Part shown: piece by piece, positions 29,532 to 39,672 of the stretch
How positions within the stretch are numbered: position 1 is the first letter of the stretch
Layout: each line of letters begins with the position of its first letter
DNA from: Parachlamydiales bacterium
GTDB lineage: Bacteria > Chlamydiota > Chlamydiia > Chlamydiales > SM23-39
Assembly (NCBI GenBank): GCA_050302075.1
Contig: JBNLAH010000002.1
Coordinates: 32,606-96,605, forward strand
Direction of reading: 5' to 3'
Length of the DNA: 64,000 nt
Translations under genes and position numbers: made by a program
Notes under the pieces: model-generated
Told to the model about the DNA's origin: nothing
The model's database searches: none
Seen by the model: only the letters and a program-made list of their open reading frames with translations

Positions 29532-29852
29532 ATGAAAGATGATATCCATCCAGAATATAAAGAAATTCTTTTTATCGATTCGTCAACAGGCACAAAGCAT
29601 TTAATTGGCAGCACATTGAAGTCTGATCAAACAGAAACTTTTGAAGGAAAGGAGTATCCTGTTCATAGAGTATCAATTTCTTCTTCTTCTCATCCTTTTT
29701 TTACTGGAAGTAAGCAGATCTTAGATACTGAAGGTAGAGTTGATAAGTTTACTAAGCGTTACCAAATGAAGCGTGAGCAAGGTAAGAAAGAGATAGAAAA
29801 GCAAGAGGAAGCTGCAAAGAAAAAAACTTCAAAAAAAACCAAAAAGAAATAA
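29532..29852 (+). CDS. rpmE: 50S ribosomal protein L31, type B (no CxxC) with Lys-rich tail
   Basis: MKDDIHPEY start, SSSHPFFTG and [10 protein letters not shown] motifs. No zinc-binding cysteines. 106 aa. Confidence 0.85.
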   Translation: MKDDIHPEYKEILFIDSSTGTKHLIGSTLKSDQTETFEGKEYPVHRVSISSSSHPFFTGSKQILDTEGRVDKFTKRYQMKREQGKKEIEKQEEAAKKKTSKKTKKK

Positions 29853-29858
29853 TTTCTC

Positions 29859-30926
29859 ATGAAGCAAAAAGTCCTGCAGCTAATCGAGCGGCTTAAATCT
29901 ACTGAAGAGCTGCTGGGGCAACCTGAAACTCTTTCAGATCAAAAAAAATATAAAGAACTAACTCAAGAGTATTCCCAGCTTTCTTTACTTAAAGAAAGCT
30001 GGAACGACTATCAGTTTACTCAAAACGCTATCAAAGAAAATCAAGAGTTGCTCAGAATTGAAAGCGATCCTGAAATGATAGCAGTTATTGAAGAGGAATT
30101 GGCAACTTTAGAAAAAAAAGAGAAAACACTTTTATCTCGAGTGCAATCGCTAATTGTTCCTCCAGATCCTAGAGATGATCGAAATATTATTTTAGAAATC
30201 AGAGCTGGGACAGGGGGAGATGAAGCTGCTTTATTTGTGGGTGACTGTGTGAGAATGTATAAAAATTTTTGCGACCATATGAAGTGGAAGTATGAACATA
30301 TATCTTGTACAGAATCAGACCTAGGTGGCTATAAAGAATATGTCATGGGAATTAGTGGGAAAAATGTCTTTCGTAATATGCAGTTTGAAGCTGGGACTCA
30401 TCGAGTACAAAGAGTTCCAGATACAGAAACACAAGGAAGAGTTCATACATCAGCTATAACTGTTGCAATTTTATTAGAACCTGATGAGAAAGAAGTATTA
30501 GTTGAAGATAAAGATTTAAGGATTGAAACCTACAGAGCTTCTGGGGCAGGTGGACAACATGTTAATACAACTGATTCTGCAGTACGCATAACTCATATTC
30601 CAACTAATACCGTCGTCTGCTGTCAAGATGAAAGAAGTCAGCTTAAAAATAAAGAAAGAGCTTTAAGACTGCTGAAGGCAAAAGTTTCTGAAGAACAGCA
30701 AAGAAAAAAAGCACAAGAGATTTCTTCCTTAAGGTCATCTCAAATTGGATCAGGAGATAGATCAGAAAGAATTAGGACTTATAACTTTCCGCAAAATAGA
30801 TTGACTGACCATCGCATAAACTTGACGGTTTATAGCCTTGATAAGGTTATGGAAGGTGATCTTGAAGATATATCTAATTCATTGGTAGGTCATTATTATC
30901 AAAAAAAACTCAGTGAAAACATTTGA
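29859..30926 (+). CDS. prfA: peptide chain release factor 1
   Basis: GGQ motif [24 protein letters not shown]1-type tripeptide context [17 protein letters not shown]. 355 aa. Confidence 0.95.
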   Translation: MKQKVLQLIERLKSTEELLGQPETLSDQKKYKELTQEYSQLSLLKESWNDYQFTQNAIKENQELLRIESDPEMIAVIEEELATLEKKEKTLLSRVQSLIVPPDPRDDRNIILEIRAGTGGDEAALFVGDCVRMYKNFCDHMKWKYEHISCTESDLGGYKEYVMGISGKNVFRNMQFEAGTHRVQRVPDTETQGRVHTSAITVAILLEPDEKEVLVEDKDLRIETYRASGAGGQHVNTTDSAVRITHIPTNTVVCCQDERSQLKNKERALRLLKAKVSEEQQRKKAQEISSLRSSQIGSGDRSERIRTYNFPQNRLTDHRINLTVYSLDKVMEGDLEDISNSLVGHYYQKKLSENI

Positions 30927-31746
30927 AGATCTAATTCAGGAATATTCATTAAAACTGAAAGGCCTGAAATTGCATCGACCTCGAATGGTTGTTGAAGAAA
31001 TAGTATCTAATATTCTCAATATAAATAGGTGTGACCTCTTTTATTTTTATGAAAAAGCTATCGAAACAGCTCTTTCCACTAAAATAAAAAGGGCTCTCAA
31101 TTTGATACTGAAAGGGCACCTTGTTGAGTATGTAGTGGGGAAAGTGGAATTTTATGGCTGTACAATTAAAGTAGATCCATCTGTGTTGATCCCTAGGCAA
31201 GAAACTGAGCTTTTGATGGATTTATTTGTTGATTCATCAATTAATGTAGCCGAAAAGTGCTTATTTGATCTTTGTTGTGGAAGTGGTTGCCTAGCTGTTT
31301 CAGCAAAAAAGAAATTTCCCAAGTTAAATGTATATGCATCTGATATATCCCAAGCGGCATTAAATGTAGCAAAAAAAAACGCTGAAATTAATGAAGTTGA
31401 TGTAAGCTTCCTAAAGGGATCTTTGTTCGATCCATATAAAGGATTGAAAGCGGATTATATTCTTTGCAACCCTCCATATTTGTCGGAAAGTGAGTTTAAA
31501 GAAGTTAACAACACGAAAGAACCCTCACTTGCATTGATCGGTGGAAAGTCCGGCTTAGAGTTCTATGAAAAAATTGCAAATAAAATTTTAGACTATGTAA
31601 ATCCTGGCGCAAAGGTATTTTTAGAAATAGGACACTCTCAGGGCGAGATGGTAAATAAAATTTTTGAAAAAGTTCCTTGCCGTAATAAATGGCTTAAAAG
31701 AGATCTAGCTGGGCTTGACAGGTTCTTTTTCCTTGAAATAGAATGA
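30913..31746 (+). CDS. prmC: release-factor glutamine N5-methyltransferase
   Basis: SAM-binding DLCCGSGCL and catalytic NPPY (ILCNPPYL). Overlaps the prfA end by 14 nt. Confidence 0.85.
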   Translation: MKTFEDLIQEYSLKLKGLKLHRPRMVVEEIVSNILNINRCDLFYFYEKAIETALSTKIKRALNLILKGHLVEYVVGKVEFYGCTIKVDPSVLIPRQETELLMDLFVDSSINVAEKCLFDLCCGSGCLAVSAKKKFPKLNVYASDISQAALNVAKKNAEINEVDVSFLKGSLFDPYKGLKADYILCNPPYLSESEFKEVNNTKEPSLALIGGKSGLEFYEKIANKILDYVNPGAKVFLEIGHSQGEMVNKIFEKVPCRNKWLKRDLAGLDRFFFLEIE

Positions 31747-31790
31747 TTTTTTAGATTATTCTATTTAAGTTAGAAAACTTAAGTTTAATT

Positions 31791-33146
31791 ATGTTTGAAG
31801 CAATTACTGAAAAATTTCAGGGACTAACTCAGAAACTTATTCGCACTAAAAAGCTGACCGAGGAGAATATATCTGAAGCTGTTCGGGATGTGAGACTTGC
31901 GCTTTTAGAAGCCGATGTAAATTATTCTGTTGCATCTGCTTTGGTTAAGAGCGTTAAGCAGCGTGCTTTGGGTGAGACAGTAATTAAATCAGTAAAACCA
32001 GCACAACAATTTACAAAAATTGTCCACGATGAGCTAATCAGGCTTATGGGGCAGGATGAAGCAGAGCTAAGCCTTAGCGCTTGTCCTAGCTGCATAATGC
32101 TATGTGGGTTGCAAGGCTCAGGTAAGACTACCCATAGTGTTAAGTTAGCTAATTTCTTAAAGATCAATGGAAAAAAGAAAAAGATCTTGCTCGTAGCATG
32201 CGATCTGCAAAGACCTGCGGCTGTCGAGCAGCTAAAAAGACTGGCCAGCTCAGTTGATATTGAAGTTTTTTCTATTGAAGGAGAGAAAAATCCCAGAAAG
32301 GTTGCAAAAAAAGCAATTGAAAAGGCCAAAAAAGAAGCATTTGATGTTGTGATAGCAGATACTGCAGGAAGGCTTCATATCGACGATGAATTAATGAAAG
32401 AGCTTAAAGACATCAAAGATATTTTCAATCCTCAAGAAGTGCTTTTTGTTGCAAATGCCACTACTGGACAAGATGCCGTTAAAACTGCAGCTGAGTTTGA
32501 CAAACAAGTTTCAATAACTGGATCGATTTTAACGATGCTAGATGGCGATGCTAGAGCTGGGGCTGCTATCTCTATTTACGAAGTTACTAAAAAGCCGCTG
32601 AAATTTGAAGGTATAGGAGAGAAAATCAATGATATTCAGATTTTTAATCCAAAATCTATGGCAGACCGAATTTTAGGAATGGGCGATGTAATTAATTTGG
32701 TTCGAAAAGCTGAGAGTGTGATTGATGAAAAAGAAAGCCTTGAACTTGAAAAGAAATTAAAGAAGGCTAGCTTTACTTTTGATGATTATCTTAAACAGAT
32801 GAGAGCTATGAAAAAAATGGGCTCTCTTAAAAGTTTGCTTAAAATGCTCCCAGGCTTTTCTTCAATGTCTCAATTTGATGTATCAGATAATGAGCTGAAA
32901 AAAGTTGAAGCTATGATTTTATCTATGACAAAAGAGGAACGGGAAGAAAAGGTTGAACTGATTCATAGCAGAAGAAAAAGAATTGCAAAGGGATCTGGTA
33001 TTGCTATTGATGTTGTAAATAGACTTATTAAAAGCTTCAAACGAATGAAGCAGTTTATGAAAAAAATGCCGAGTTTTAAAAAGTCCCTCTTTGGTGGAGG
33101 AAACGTTGATATTAAAAAACAACTAGAGGATATGAAATGGCCTTAA
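31791..33146 (+). CDS. ffh: signal recognition particle protein Ffh
   Basis: N and G domains with GLQGSGKTT, DTAGRL and TMLDGDARAG, then a Met-rich M domain. 451 aa. Confidence 0.95.
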   Translation: MFEAITEKFQGLTQKLIRTKKLTEENISEAVRDVRLALLEADVNYSVASALVKSVKQRALGETVIKSVKPAQQFTKIVHDELIRLMGQDEAELSLSACPSCIMLCGLQGSGKTTHSVKLANFLKINGKKKKILLVACDLQRPAAVEQLKRLASSVDIEVFSIEGEKNPRKVAKKAIEKAKKEAFDVVIADTAGRLHIDDELMKELKDIKDIFNPQEVLFVANATTGQDAVKTAAEFDKQVSITGSILTMLDGDARAGAAISIYEVTKKPLKFEGIGEKINDIQIFNPKSMADRILGMGDVINLVRKAESVIDEKESLELEKKLKKASFTFDDYLKQMRAMKKMGSLKSLLKMLPGFSSMSQFDVSDNELKKVEAMILSMTKEEREEKVELIHSRRKRIAKGSGIAIDVVNRLIKSFKRMKQFMKKMPSFKKSLFGGGNVDIKKQLEDMKWP

Positions 33147-33445
33147 TGATTCGATTAAGACAACAAGGAAGAAGCAATGCGCTAACGTACCGACTTGTTG
33201 TAACTGATAAAAAAAATCCAAGAGATGGTAAGTACATTGAGAAATTAGGATGGTACAATCCTTTAAGGGATGAAAGAAACCTAAGTATTGAAAGTGAAAA
33301 AGTTCAATTTTGGCTTGACCGTGGAGCTGAAATGACAGAAAAAGCAAAAGCTTTGATTAAGCGTGCTGCACCTGAAGTTATCTCAAATTTTAATAAGAAA
33401 AAAGAAGATAAGAAGCTGCGCCTTAAAGCAAAAAGTAAAAAGTAA
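33137..33445 (+). CDS. rpsP: 30S ribosomal protein S16
   Basis: MIRLRQQGRSNALTYRLVVTDKKNPRDGKYIEKLGWYNP. Sits in the ffh-rpsP-trmD-rplS order. Confidence 0.9.
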   Translation: MALMIRLRQQGRSNALTYRLVVTDKKNPRDGKYIEKLGWYNPLRDERNLSIESEKVQFWLDRGAEMTEKAKALIKRAAPEVISNFNKKKEDKKLRLKAKSKK

Positions 33446-34185
33446 TGCGAGTCGACATTATATCTCTATTTCCTAACTATTTCGAAAGTCCTTTTAAAAC
33501 AAGCATGTTAAAAAGGGCTATCGATAAGGGACTATTAGAGGTTAATTTAGTCGACATTAGGGACTTTGCAAAAGATAAGCACAAGTCAGTAGATGACAGA
33601 CCTTATGGTGGCGGCCCTGGAATGGTATTAATGTGTGACCCATTAAAAGATGCAATTTCGAGTGTTTATAGTGAAAAGGGAGTTGTAATATATCTGTCTC
33701 CTCAAGGCAAAAAACTAGAAGCAAAAGCCTGTGAGAAATACGCTGAGTATGAGCATGTTATTTTAGTATGTGGACATTATGAAGGAATCGACCAACGTAT
33801 AATTGATAAGTATATAGATTTTGAAGTGAGCATTGGTGATTTTGTATTAACAAGTGGTTGCCCTGCAGCATTAGTCTTTGTTGATGCCGTTTCCCGTTTT
33901 ATTCCAGGGGTTATTGGCAATAAGGAGGCTGCTTATCAAGACTCATTTCAATTAGGTAGGTTTGATGCTCCACATTACACTAGACCAGAAGTATTTGAAG
34001 GAATGAAAGTTCCAGAGATTTTATTAAAGGGTCACCACAAAAGAATAGATAAGTGGAGATCGGAACAAGGATTAAAAAAGACTCGTCAGCTTCGCCCTGA
34101 TCTTCTATGTAAAGCAGAGCAAGTGTCGAATAAAAAGATTAAGGAGAAAAATTGTGAATCAGAATCAGTTAATTCAGGATTATGA
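33445..34185 (+). CDS. trmD: tRNA (guanine37-N1)-methyltransferase
   Basis: DDRPYGGGPGMVL, CGHYEGIDQR and SIGDFVLTSG motifs. 246 aa. Confidence 0.9.
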   Translation: MRVDIISLFPNYFESPFKTSMLKRAIDKGLLEVNLVDIRDFAKDKHKSVDDRPYGGGPGMVLMCDPLKDAISSVYSEKGVVIYLSPQGKKLEAKACEKYAEYEHVILVCGHYEGIDQRIIDKYIDFEVSIGDFVLTSGCPAALVFVDAVSRFIPGVIGNKEAAYQDSFQLGRFDAPHYTRPEVFEGMKVPEILLKGHHKRIDKWRSEQGLKKTRQLRPDLLCKAEQVSNKKIKEKNCESESVNSGL

Positions 34186-34621
34186 ATCAAAATACTTAAA
34201 AAAAGAAGTACCTTCTTTTCAAATTGGGGATACTGTAAAAGTCCATATTAGAATAATTGAGGGGCAAAAAGAAAGAGTTCAGGTATTTTCTGGAACTGTA
34301 ATTGCTCGTAAAGGATCAGGTTTGTCCGAATCATTTATCGTTTACCGCAATGCTTATGGTTCTAGTATGGAAAGGTTGTTTTTACTTCATAGTCCAAATG
34401 TTGCAAAAATTGAAGTTGTAAGAAAAGGTAAGGTAAGAAGAGCTAAGTTAAATTACATCAGAGGAGCATCTGGAAAAGCAGCGAAAATTGAAGAGCGAAT
34501 TGTTCCAAAATCAAAAGCTGTCAAGACTGAACCAAAAGTTAAAAAGACAGAAGAGAAAGTAGAAAAAGAAATTGAAGGCGAAAAGGAATCTAAACCTGAG
34601 CAAAAAACAACTGAAAAATAA
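34154..34621 (+). CDS. rplS: 50S ribosomal protein L19 with Lys/Glu-rich C-terminal extension
   Basis: FQIGDTVKVHIRIIEGQKERVQVFSGTVIARKG and SPNVAKIEVVRKGKVRRAKLNY. GTG start preceded by aaggag. Confidence 0.9.
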   Translation: MNQNQLIQDYESKYLKKEVPSFQIGDTVKVHIRIIEGQKERVQVFSGTVIARKGSGLSESFIVYRNAYGSSMERLFLLHSPNVAKIEVVRKGKVRRAKLNYIRGASGKAAKIEERIVPKSKAVKTEPKVKKTEEKVEKEIEGEKESKPEQKTTEK

Positions 34622-34627
34622 TTTCTA

Positions 34628-34681
34628 AACTCAGTTATCACATGCAAGTTCTTTCATTTTGTGGTAATTGAGTTTTTTTTA
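34628..34681 (+). terminator. probable rho-independent terminator after rplS
   Basis: 15-bp imperfect stem aactcagttatcaca / tgtggtaattgagtt (two mismatched positions), followed by a T8 run. Confidence 0.5.
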
Positions 34682-34734
34682 TCTTGTAACATTTTCATTT
34701 ATCACGTTATACAAGTTTGCTTTAACTTGTAGAT

Positions 34735-35415
34735 ATGACAGTGAATTCAAATTGTAGTTTTTATGAAATCGAGAGGCAAAGGCAAATGAGCATTTTTGAA
34801 AGCATGCTCAGTGAAAGAGGTTATAGCAAGATTGCTGGTGTAGATGAGGCTGGCAGAGGACCCTTAGCAGGACCTTTAGTAGTTGCTGCATGTATTTTAC
34901 CTAAGTCTTTTTTTCTAAATGAGCTTAACGACAGTAAACAGCTGACAAAAGAACAAAGAAAGCTTCAGTTTGATATTCTTACAAATAATCCTGATATAGT
35001 TTATTCATATATCGTGGTTGATGAAAAAACAATTGACCGCTTGAATATTTTGCAAGCTACAATGTTCGGGATGCTAAAAGCAGTTGAGACCCTAAAGGTT
35101 AGTCCAGACTATGTCTTAATCGATGGAAACAGAATGCCAGATATTAAGATCAGAGGTGAGGCGATTGTGTCAGGAGATGAAAACTCTATTTCAATTGCAG
35201 GAGCATCAATAATTGCAAAAGTTGTTAGAGATCAAATTATGGATGAAATGCAGGTAAAATACCCCGAGTATGCATTTGGTGAACATAAAGGCTATGCAAC
35301 AAAACAGCACTTAGATGAAATAAAAAGACACGGACCATGCCAGATTCATAGAAGATCGTTTGAACCAATAAAATCAATGTCACAACACAATCAGCTAACG
35401 CTTCCACTTGAATAG
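34735..35415 (+). CDS. rnhB: ribonuclease HII
   Basis: GVDEAGRGPLAGPLVVAA, DSKQL and HKGY motifs. A downstream Met (MSIFESM) is a possible true start. Confidence 0.9.
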   Translation: MTVNSNCSFYEIERQRQMSIFESMLSERGYSKIAGVDEAGRGPLAGPLVVAACILPKSFFLNELNDSKQLTKEQRKLQFDILTNNPDIVYSYIVVDEKTIDRLNILQATMFGMLKAVETLKVSPDYVLIDGNRMPDIKIRGEAIVSGDENSISIAGASIIAKVVRDQIMDEMQVKYPEYAFGEHKGYATKQHLDEIKRHGPCQIHRRSFEPIKSMSQHNQLTLPLE

Positions 35416-35862
35416 TCTTTTATCTAAAAGCAAATGTCCTAAATCTGCAGTAAAAAGCCCCAAAAAAACAAAGAGTAGTATTTCTTTGTATGTATTTATG
35501 AAAAGCATTAAATCCTTTTGAGTTACGCTCTTTTTGTAAATAATATATAAGACACCCAAAATGAATAAAAAAAGCCAACCAACCCTAGTTATTGTGCCAA
35601 ATAACACAGAATGAGAGATTCCTCTGTGCTTAAAAATATAAGAATAGGATCGAAATGGAATTGAGAAAAATCCTCTTAGGGAAAGTAGCTTTATATTTTT
35701 TGCCAAATCTAAATCTGGGTTCATAAAAAAAGTTCCATATAAAAAAGCCAAGGAAAAATATATAACATTTTTAATTGGCGGATTAAATGAAAATACAATT
35801 GCTCCTATCAAAAGAGGTAGCATGGCGCAGTTAAATTTTGAATGATCTTTGTACTGTGACAT
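35395..35862 (-). CDS. membrane protein of the DUF2227-like putative metal-binding family
   Basis: NPDLDL ... HRGISHS ... GTITR pattern in a 4-TM, 155-aa protein. Assignment is from memory of the family pattern. Confidence 0.45.
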   Translation of the reverse strand: MSQYKDHSKFNCAMLPLLIGAIVFSFNPPIKNVIYFSLAFLYGTFFMNPDLDLAKNIKLLSLRGFFSIPFRSYSYIFKHRGISHSVLFGTITRVGWLFLFILGVLYIIYKKSVTQKDLMLFINTYKEILLFVFLGLFTADLGHLLLDKRLFKWKR

Positions 35863-35929
35863 TTCAAATTTTTGTATTAGTTGACCGTAGAGATACTAAT
35901 CAATTATAATTTTATTTAAAATAATTTTA

Positions 35930-36817
35930 TTGGATTTTATGTTGACAAGCATGACAGGCTATGGGAGATCTAGCATCTCTTCTAAATATGGCAAATTTAC
36001 TATCGAGGTTCAATCATTGAACCGCAAGTTCCTAGAGTCTTTTTTAGTCCTTCCTAAAGAAATGTTACGTTATGAAATAGAGATAAAACGATGGATAGCT
36101 GAAAAAATAAGAAGAGGGCAGGTGACTGTTAGAATAACCAGGTCAATGGACACTAAAGACCTTAAAGACCTTTTGCCAGATGAAACAGTGCTTTCAAAGC
36201 TTTTAGACTCATGGGTAAAAACAGCAAAAAAATTAAGTCTTGATACATCTCAAATAAATGTTCCATTTCTAGCAAACCAAAGTCAACTGTTGTTTAACAC
36301 TAAAGATTTTAAAGATGAAGAGGCTATCCGAAAAGTTCTTAAAAAGGGAATAAACACAGCTTTAGATGAGATGATTGAAATGAAGAAAAAAGAGGGGACA
36401 ACTCTTGCAAAGGATATGTCAAAAAGGTTAAAATGCATATCTCAGCAAATTCAACTGATAGAAAAGTGTGCGCCTACTGCAACTGAGCGATTTAAAGAAA
36501 GACTTTTACAAAAAATAAATGAATTTGTTGAATCAGATGCTCCAGATGATAGAGTTTTGAAGGAAATAGCTATTTATAGTGATAAAATCGATATTACTGA
36601 AGAAATTCTTCGATTTAAATCACACATAGATCAATTCAGCGCAATTTTGCAAAATGATGATGCAGTTGGCCGGAAAATGGATTTTTTAATCCAGGAAATG
36701 ATTAGGGAAATAAACACAATTGCTTCAAAGTCTAGTGAAGTAGCTATTTCAAGAAGTGTTATAGAAGTAAAAACCGAATTAGAACGAATTCGAGAACAAG
36801 TTCAGAATATTGAATGA
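35930..36817 (+). CDS. yicC: YicC-family stress-induced protein
   Basis: SMTGYGR start, C-terminal GRKMDFLIQEMIREINTIASKS. 295 aa. Upstream of gmk, as in many bacteria. Confidence 0.75.
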   Translation: MDFMLTSMTGYGRSSISSKYGKFTIEVQSLNRKFLESFLVLPKEMLRYEIEIKRWIAEKIRRGQVTVRITRSMDTKDLKDLLPDETVLSKLLDSWVKTAKKLSLDTSQINVPFLANQSQLLFNTKDFKDEEAIRKVLKKGINTALDEMIEMKKKEGTTLAKDMSKRLKCISQQIQLIEKCAPTATERFKERLLQKINEFVESDAPDDRVLKEIAIYSDKIDITEEILRFKSHIDQFSAILQNDDAVGRKMDFLIQEMIREINTIASKSSEVAISRSVIEVKTELERIREQVQNIE

Positions 36818-37410
36818 TTAAGCCAAAAATATTAGGAAATTTAAACCACGGACTAGCTTTTATTATTAGTGCTCCTGCAGGTACTGGAAAAACAACTCTT
36901 GTAGGGATGCTAAAGAAGGAATTTCCCTGCATTGTAGAAAGTATTTCATATACAACCAGGAAGCCTAGGACAAATGAGGTTAATGGCCGAGATTACTTTT
37001 TTATCTCAGAAGAAGAGTTTAAAGAGAAGATCAAGAAAAAAGATTTTCTGGAGTACGCTGAAGTTTTTGGCCATCATTATGGTACTTCAAAAGAGTTTGT
37101 ATCTGAGCTGCAAGAAAAAGGTAACCATGTTGTTCTTGTAATTGATGTTCAAGGAGCAAAAAAATTAAGAAAATACGGCTTTACTTCTATTTTTATAAGT
37201 CCGCCTACAATCCAGGAATTACAATATAGATTGCACTCAAGAAAATCAGAAACTGAAGCGATGATACAAAAACGCCTTAGCTGGGCCCAAAAAGAAATAG
37301 ATGAAGCTAAAAAGTTTGATTATCATATCATAAATGATGACTTAGAAGTTGCCTATCAAGTTCTGAAGTCAATTTTTATAGCTGAAGAGCATAAAGTTAA
37401 CAAAAAATAA
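36814..37410 (+). CDS. gmk: guanylate kinase
   Basis: P-loop SAPAGTGKTT, YTTRKPR, EYAEVFGHHYGT. 198 aa. Confidence 0.9.
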   Translation: MIKPKILGNLNHGLAFIISAPAGTGKTTLVGMLKKEFPCIVESISYTTRKPRTNEVNGRDYFFISEEEFKEKIKKKDFLEYAEVFGHHYGTSKEFVSELQEKGNHVVLVIDVQGAKKLRKYGFTSIFISPPTIQELQYRLHSRKSETEAMIQKRLSWAQKEIDEAKKFDYHIINDDLEVAYQVLKSIFIAEEHKVNKK

Positions 37411-37607
37411 TGAGTAAAAAAATGAAAAATGTGAACTTAACAAATGAAGACTTGGGAAAACAGTTTTCAGATAGATTTCAGATGACAAACTTTGCAATTC
37501 AAGTTGCAAGAGATTACATCAAAAATGAAGAAGACTTATTAAATGACGGTTCATTAAAATCGATTTTAGAGGAAGTTAGCAAAAAAGCTAAAGAGCGTAA
37601 CGCTTAA
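37410..37607 (+). CDS. rpoZ: probable RNA polymerase omega subunit
   Basis: 65 aa. DRFQMTNFAIQVARDY resembles the omega core (NRFdLvlvAarRAr). Conserved gmk-rpoZ adjacency. Confidence 0.5.
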   Translation: MSKKMKNVNLTNEDLGKQFSDRFQMTNFAIQVARDYIKNEEDLLNDGSLKSILEEVSKKAKERNA

Positions 37608-37608
37608 C

Positions 37609-39636
37609 ATGAACCAAAAGTATCTTATTACCTCAGCGCTTCCTTATGCGAATGGCCCTTTACATTTTGGTCATATTGCAGGCGCATATCTCCCTGGAGA
37701 TTGCTTTGCAAGATTCCAAAGGTTGATAGGTAGTGATGTAGTATATATATGTGGATCCGATGAATATGGGGTTGCTATTACGCTAAGCGCTGAACTTGCA
37801 AATAGGACTCCAAAAGAACATGTCGAACATTTTCATTCAATAAATCAAAAACTATTCGAGAAACTTAACTTCTCCTTTGACCATTTTTCGAGGACAACAT
37901 CTAAAGAGCACGCAAAAACAACTATCGAATTTTTCAAAGACTTATATGAAAATGGATTTATTGAAAAAAAAATAGAAGACCATCTTTACTCTGAAAAAGA
38001 AAAACGGTTTTTAGCTGATAGATACGTTGAAGGTGTTTGCCCAAAATGTAGTTGTCCAAATGCAAGAGGAGATGAATGTCCATCTTGTGGAGCTAATTTT
38101 GAGGCGATAGATTTAATTGATCCAAAATCTAAAATCACAGGCTCACCACTTATAAAAAAAGCTAGTGCTCACTGGTATTTAAAATTCGATAAATTCAAAG
38201 ATAGACTAAAAAAATGGATAGCTCAAAAGGATTTTAAGCCTAATGTAATGAACTTTACTCAGTCATATATCGATGATTTAAAAGAAAGGGCGATTACAAG
38301 AGATTCTTCATGGGGGATTCCAGTTCCTTTAGATGATGCTAAGGGCAAAGTTTTTTATGTTTGGTTTGATGCTCCGATTGGTTATGTAAGCATGACAAAA
38401 GAGTGGGCAAAAAAACAAAATAATCCTGATCTTTGGAAAAAATATTGGCTAGAGAATGATACAAGACTTGTTCACTTTGTTGGAAAAGACAACATACCGT
38501 TCCATACAGTATTTTTCCCAGCTATGCTTATGGGGCAAAACTTGCCCTACATTCTTCCCTACGATGTCCCAGCTAATGAATTTTTAATGCTGGAAAAAAG
38601 GCAGTTTTCTAAATCAGATAATTGGTATATCGATTTAAATGACTTTTTCAAAAAATACACGAGCGACCAAATTAGGTACTATTTAGCAGCGATAGCTCCA
38701 GAAAACTCTGACTCTGATTTTAGTTGGAAAGATTTCCAACAAAAATGCAATGGTGACCTTCTAGGAAAACTAGGTAATTTTATTCATCGAACCTTAACTT
38801 TCGCTATGACTAGGTTAGATGGTAAAATACCCTCTATTAAGGCAAAAGCCGAGACGGATAAACACTTTTTAAACCAAATAAAGAAAATAACAGATAATGC
38901 CTACCAAGCATATAACTCGTTTAAGCTAAAAAAAGCATCTCAGCTTCTAATGGAATTAGCCCAAGCTGGTAATGTTTATTTCGATATGAAAAAGCCATGG
39001 CAGCTATTTAAGGAAAATAAAATCGATGAGATGAAGACTGTGATTAGTTGCAGCTTGCAGTGCATAAAAAATTTGGCCTTGCTGGCTTATCCAATTATCC
39101 CTGAATCTGCTGATAGAATTTGGAAAATGCTAGGATTCTTTAATTCTATTTCTGAAGAAAGTTGGGACAATGCTGCAAATTCATACTTATCATCAGAGCA
39201 AATTTTAAAAACTCCTAAGACCCTTTTTAGTAAAATCGAGGATGAAGAAATTATGGAAGAGATATCTAAACTAATGGATGATAAACAAGTCCCTGAAGAG
39301 TTCGAAGATTTAAAAGAAACTGTTGAATACAAAGATTTTGAAAAATTAGATTTTCGAGTAGCTAAAATACTTTCAGCTGAAAAAATTGAAAAAAGTAACA
39401 AACTTTTAAAGTTCACCGTTGATCTAGGCTTTGAAAAAAGAACAATTGTTTCTGGAATAGCAAAACATTATTCTCCAGAAGAGCTTTTAGGTAAAAAAGT
39501 TGTAGTTGTTGTCAACATTAAGCCTGTAAAGCTCATGGGAATTGAAAGTAATGGGATGATATTGGCTGCAGGTTTTGAAAATGCCCTAGAATTGGTAGAA
39601 ATAAAAAATCTAAAACCTGGTAGTGTTGTTTGTTAG
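37609..39636 (+). CDS. metG: methionyl-tRNA synthetase with C-terminal tRNA-binding (EMAPII/Trbp111-like) domain
   Basis: HIGH region PYANGPLHFGHIAG, zinc knuckles CPKCSC..CPSCG, KMSKS as QFSKSDN. C-terminal FRVAKILSAEKIEKSNKLLKFTVDLG. 675 aa. Confidence 0.95.
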   Translation: MNQKYLITSALPYANGPLHFGHIAGAYLPGDCFARFQRLIGSDVVYICGSDEYGVAITLSAELANRTPKEHVEHFHSINQKLFEKLNFSFDHFSRTTSKEHAKTTIEFFKDLYENGFIEKKIEDHLYSEKEKRFLADRYVEGVCPKCSCPNARGDECPSCGANFEAIDLIDPKSKITGSPLIKKASAHWYLKFDKFKDRLKKWIAQKDFKPNVMNFTQSYIDDLKERAITRDSSWGIPVPLDDAKGKVFYVWFDAPIGYVSMTKEWAKKQNNPDLWKKYWLENDTRLVHFVGKDNIPFHTVFFPAMLMGQNLPYILPYDVPANEFLMLEKRQFSKSDNWYIDLNDFFKKYTSDQIRYYLAAIAPENSDSDFSWKDFQQKCNGDLLGKLGNFIHRTLTFAMTRLDGKIPSIKAKAETDKHFLNQIKKITDNAYQAYNSFKLKKASQLLMELAQAGNVYFDMKKPWQLFKENKIDEMKTVISCSLQCIKNLALLAYPIIPESADRIWKMLGFFNSISEESWDNAANSYLSSEQILKTPKTLFSKIEDEEIMEEISKLMDDKQVPEEFEDLKETVEYKDFEKLDFRVAKILSAEKIEKSNKLLKFTVDLGFEKRTIVSGIAKHYSPEELLGKKVVVVVNIKPVKLMGIESNGMILAAGFENALELVEIKNLKPGSVVC

Positions 39637-39672
39637 TATTTTTTCTTTGATTTACTCAATCTTTTTTTTTCT

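Noticed and set aside
31922-33347. Minus-strand ORFs inside ffh and rpsP (31922..32329, 32919..33122, 33123..33347)
   Set aside because: They are antisense to highly conserved genes and have no motifs.
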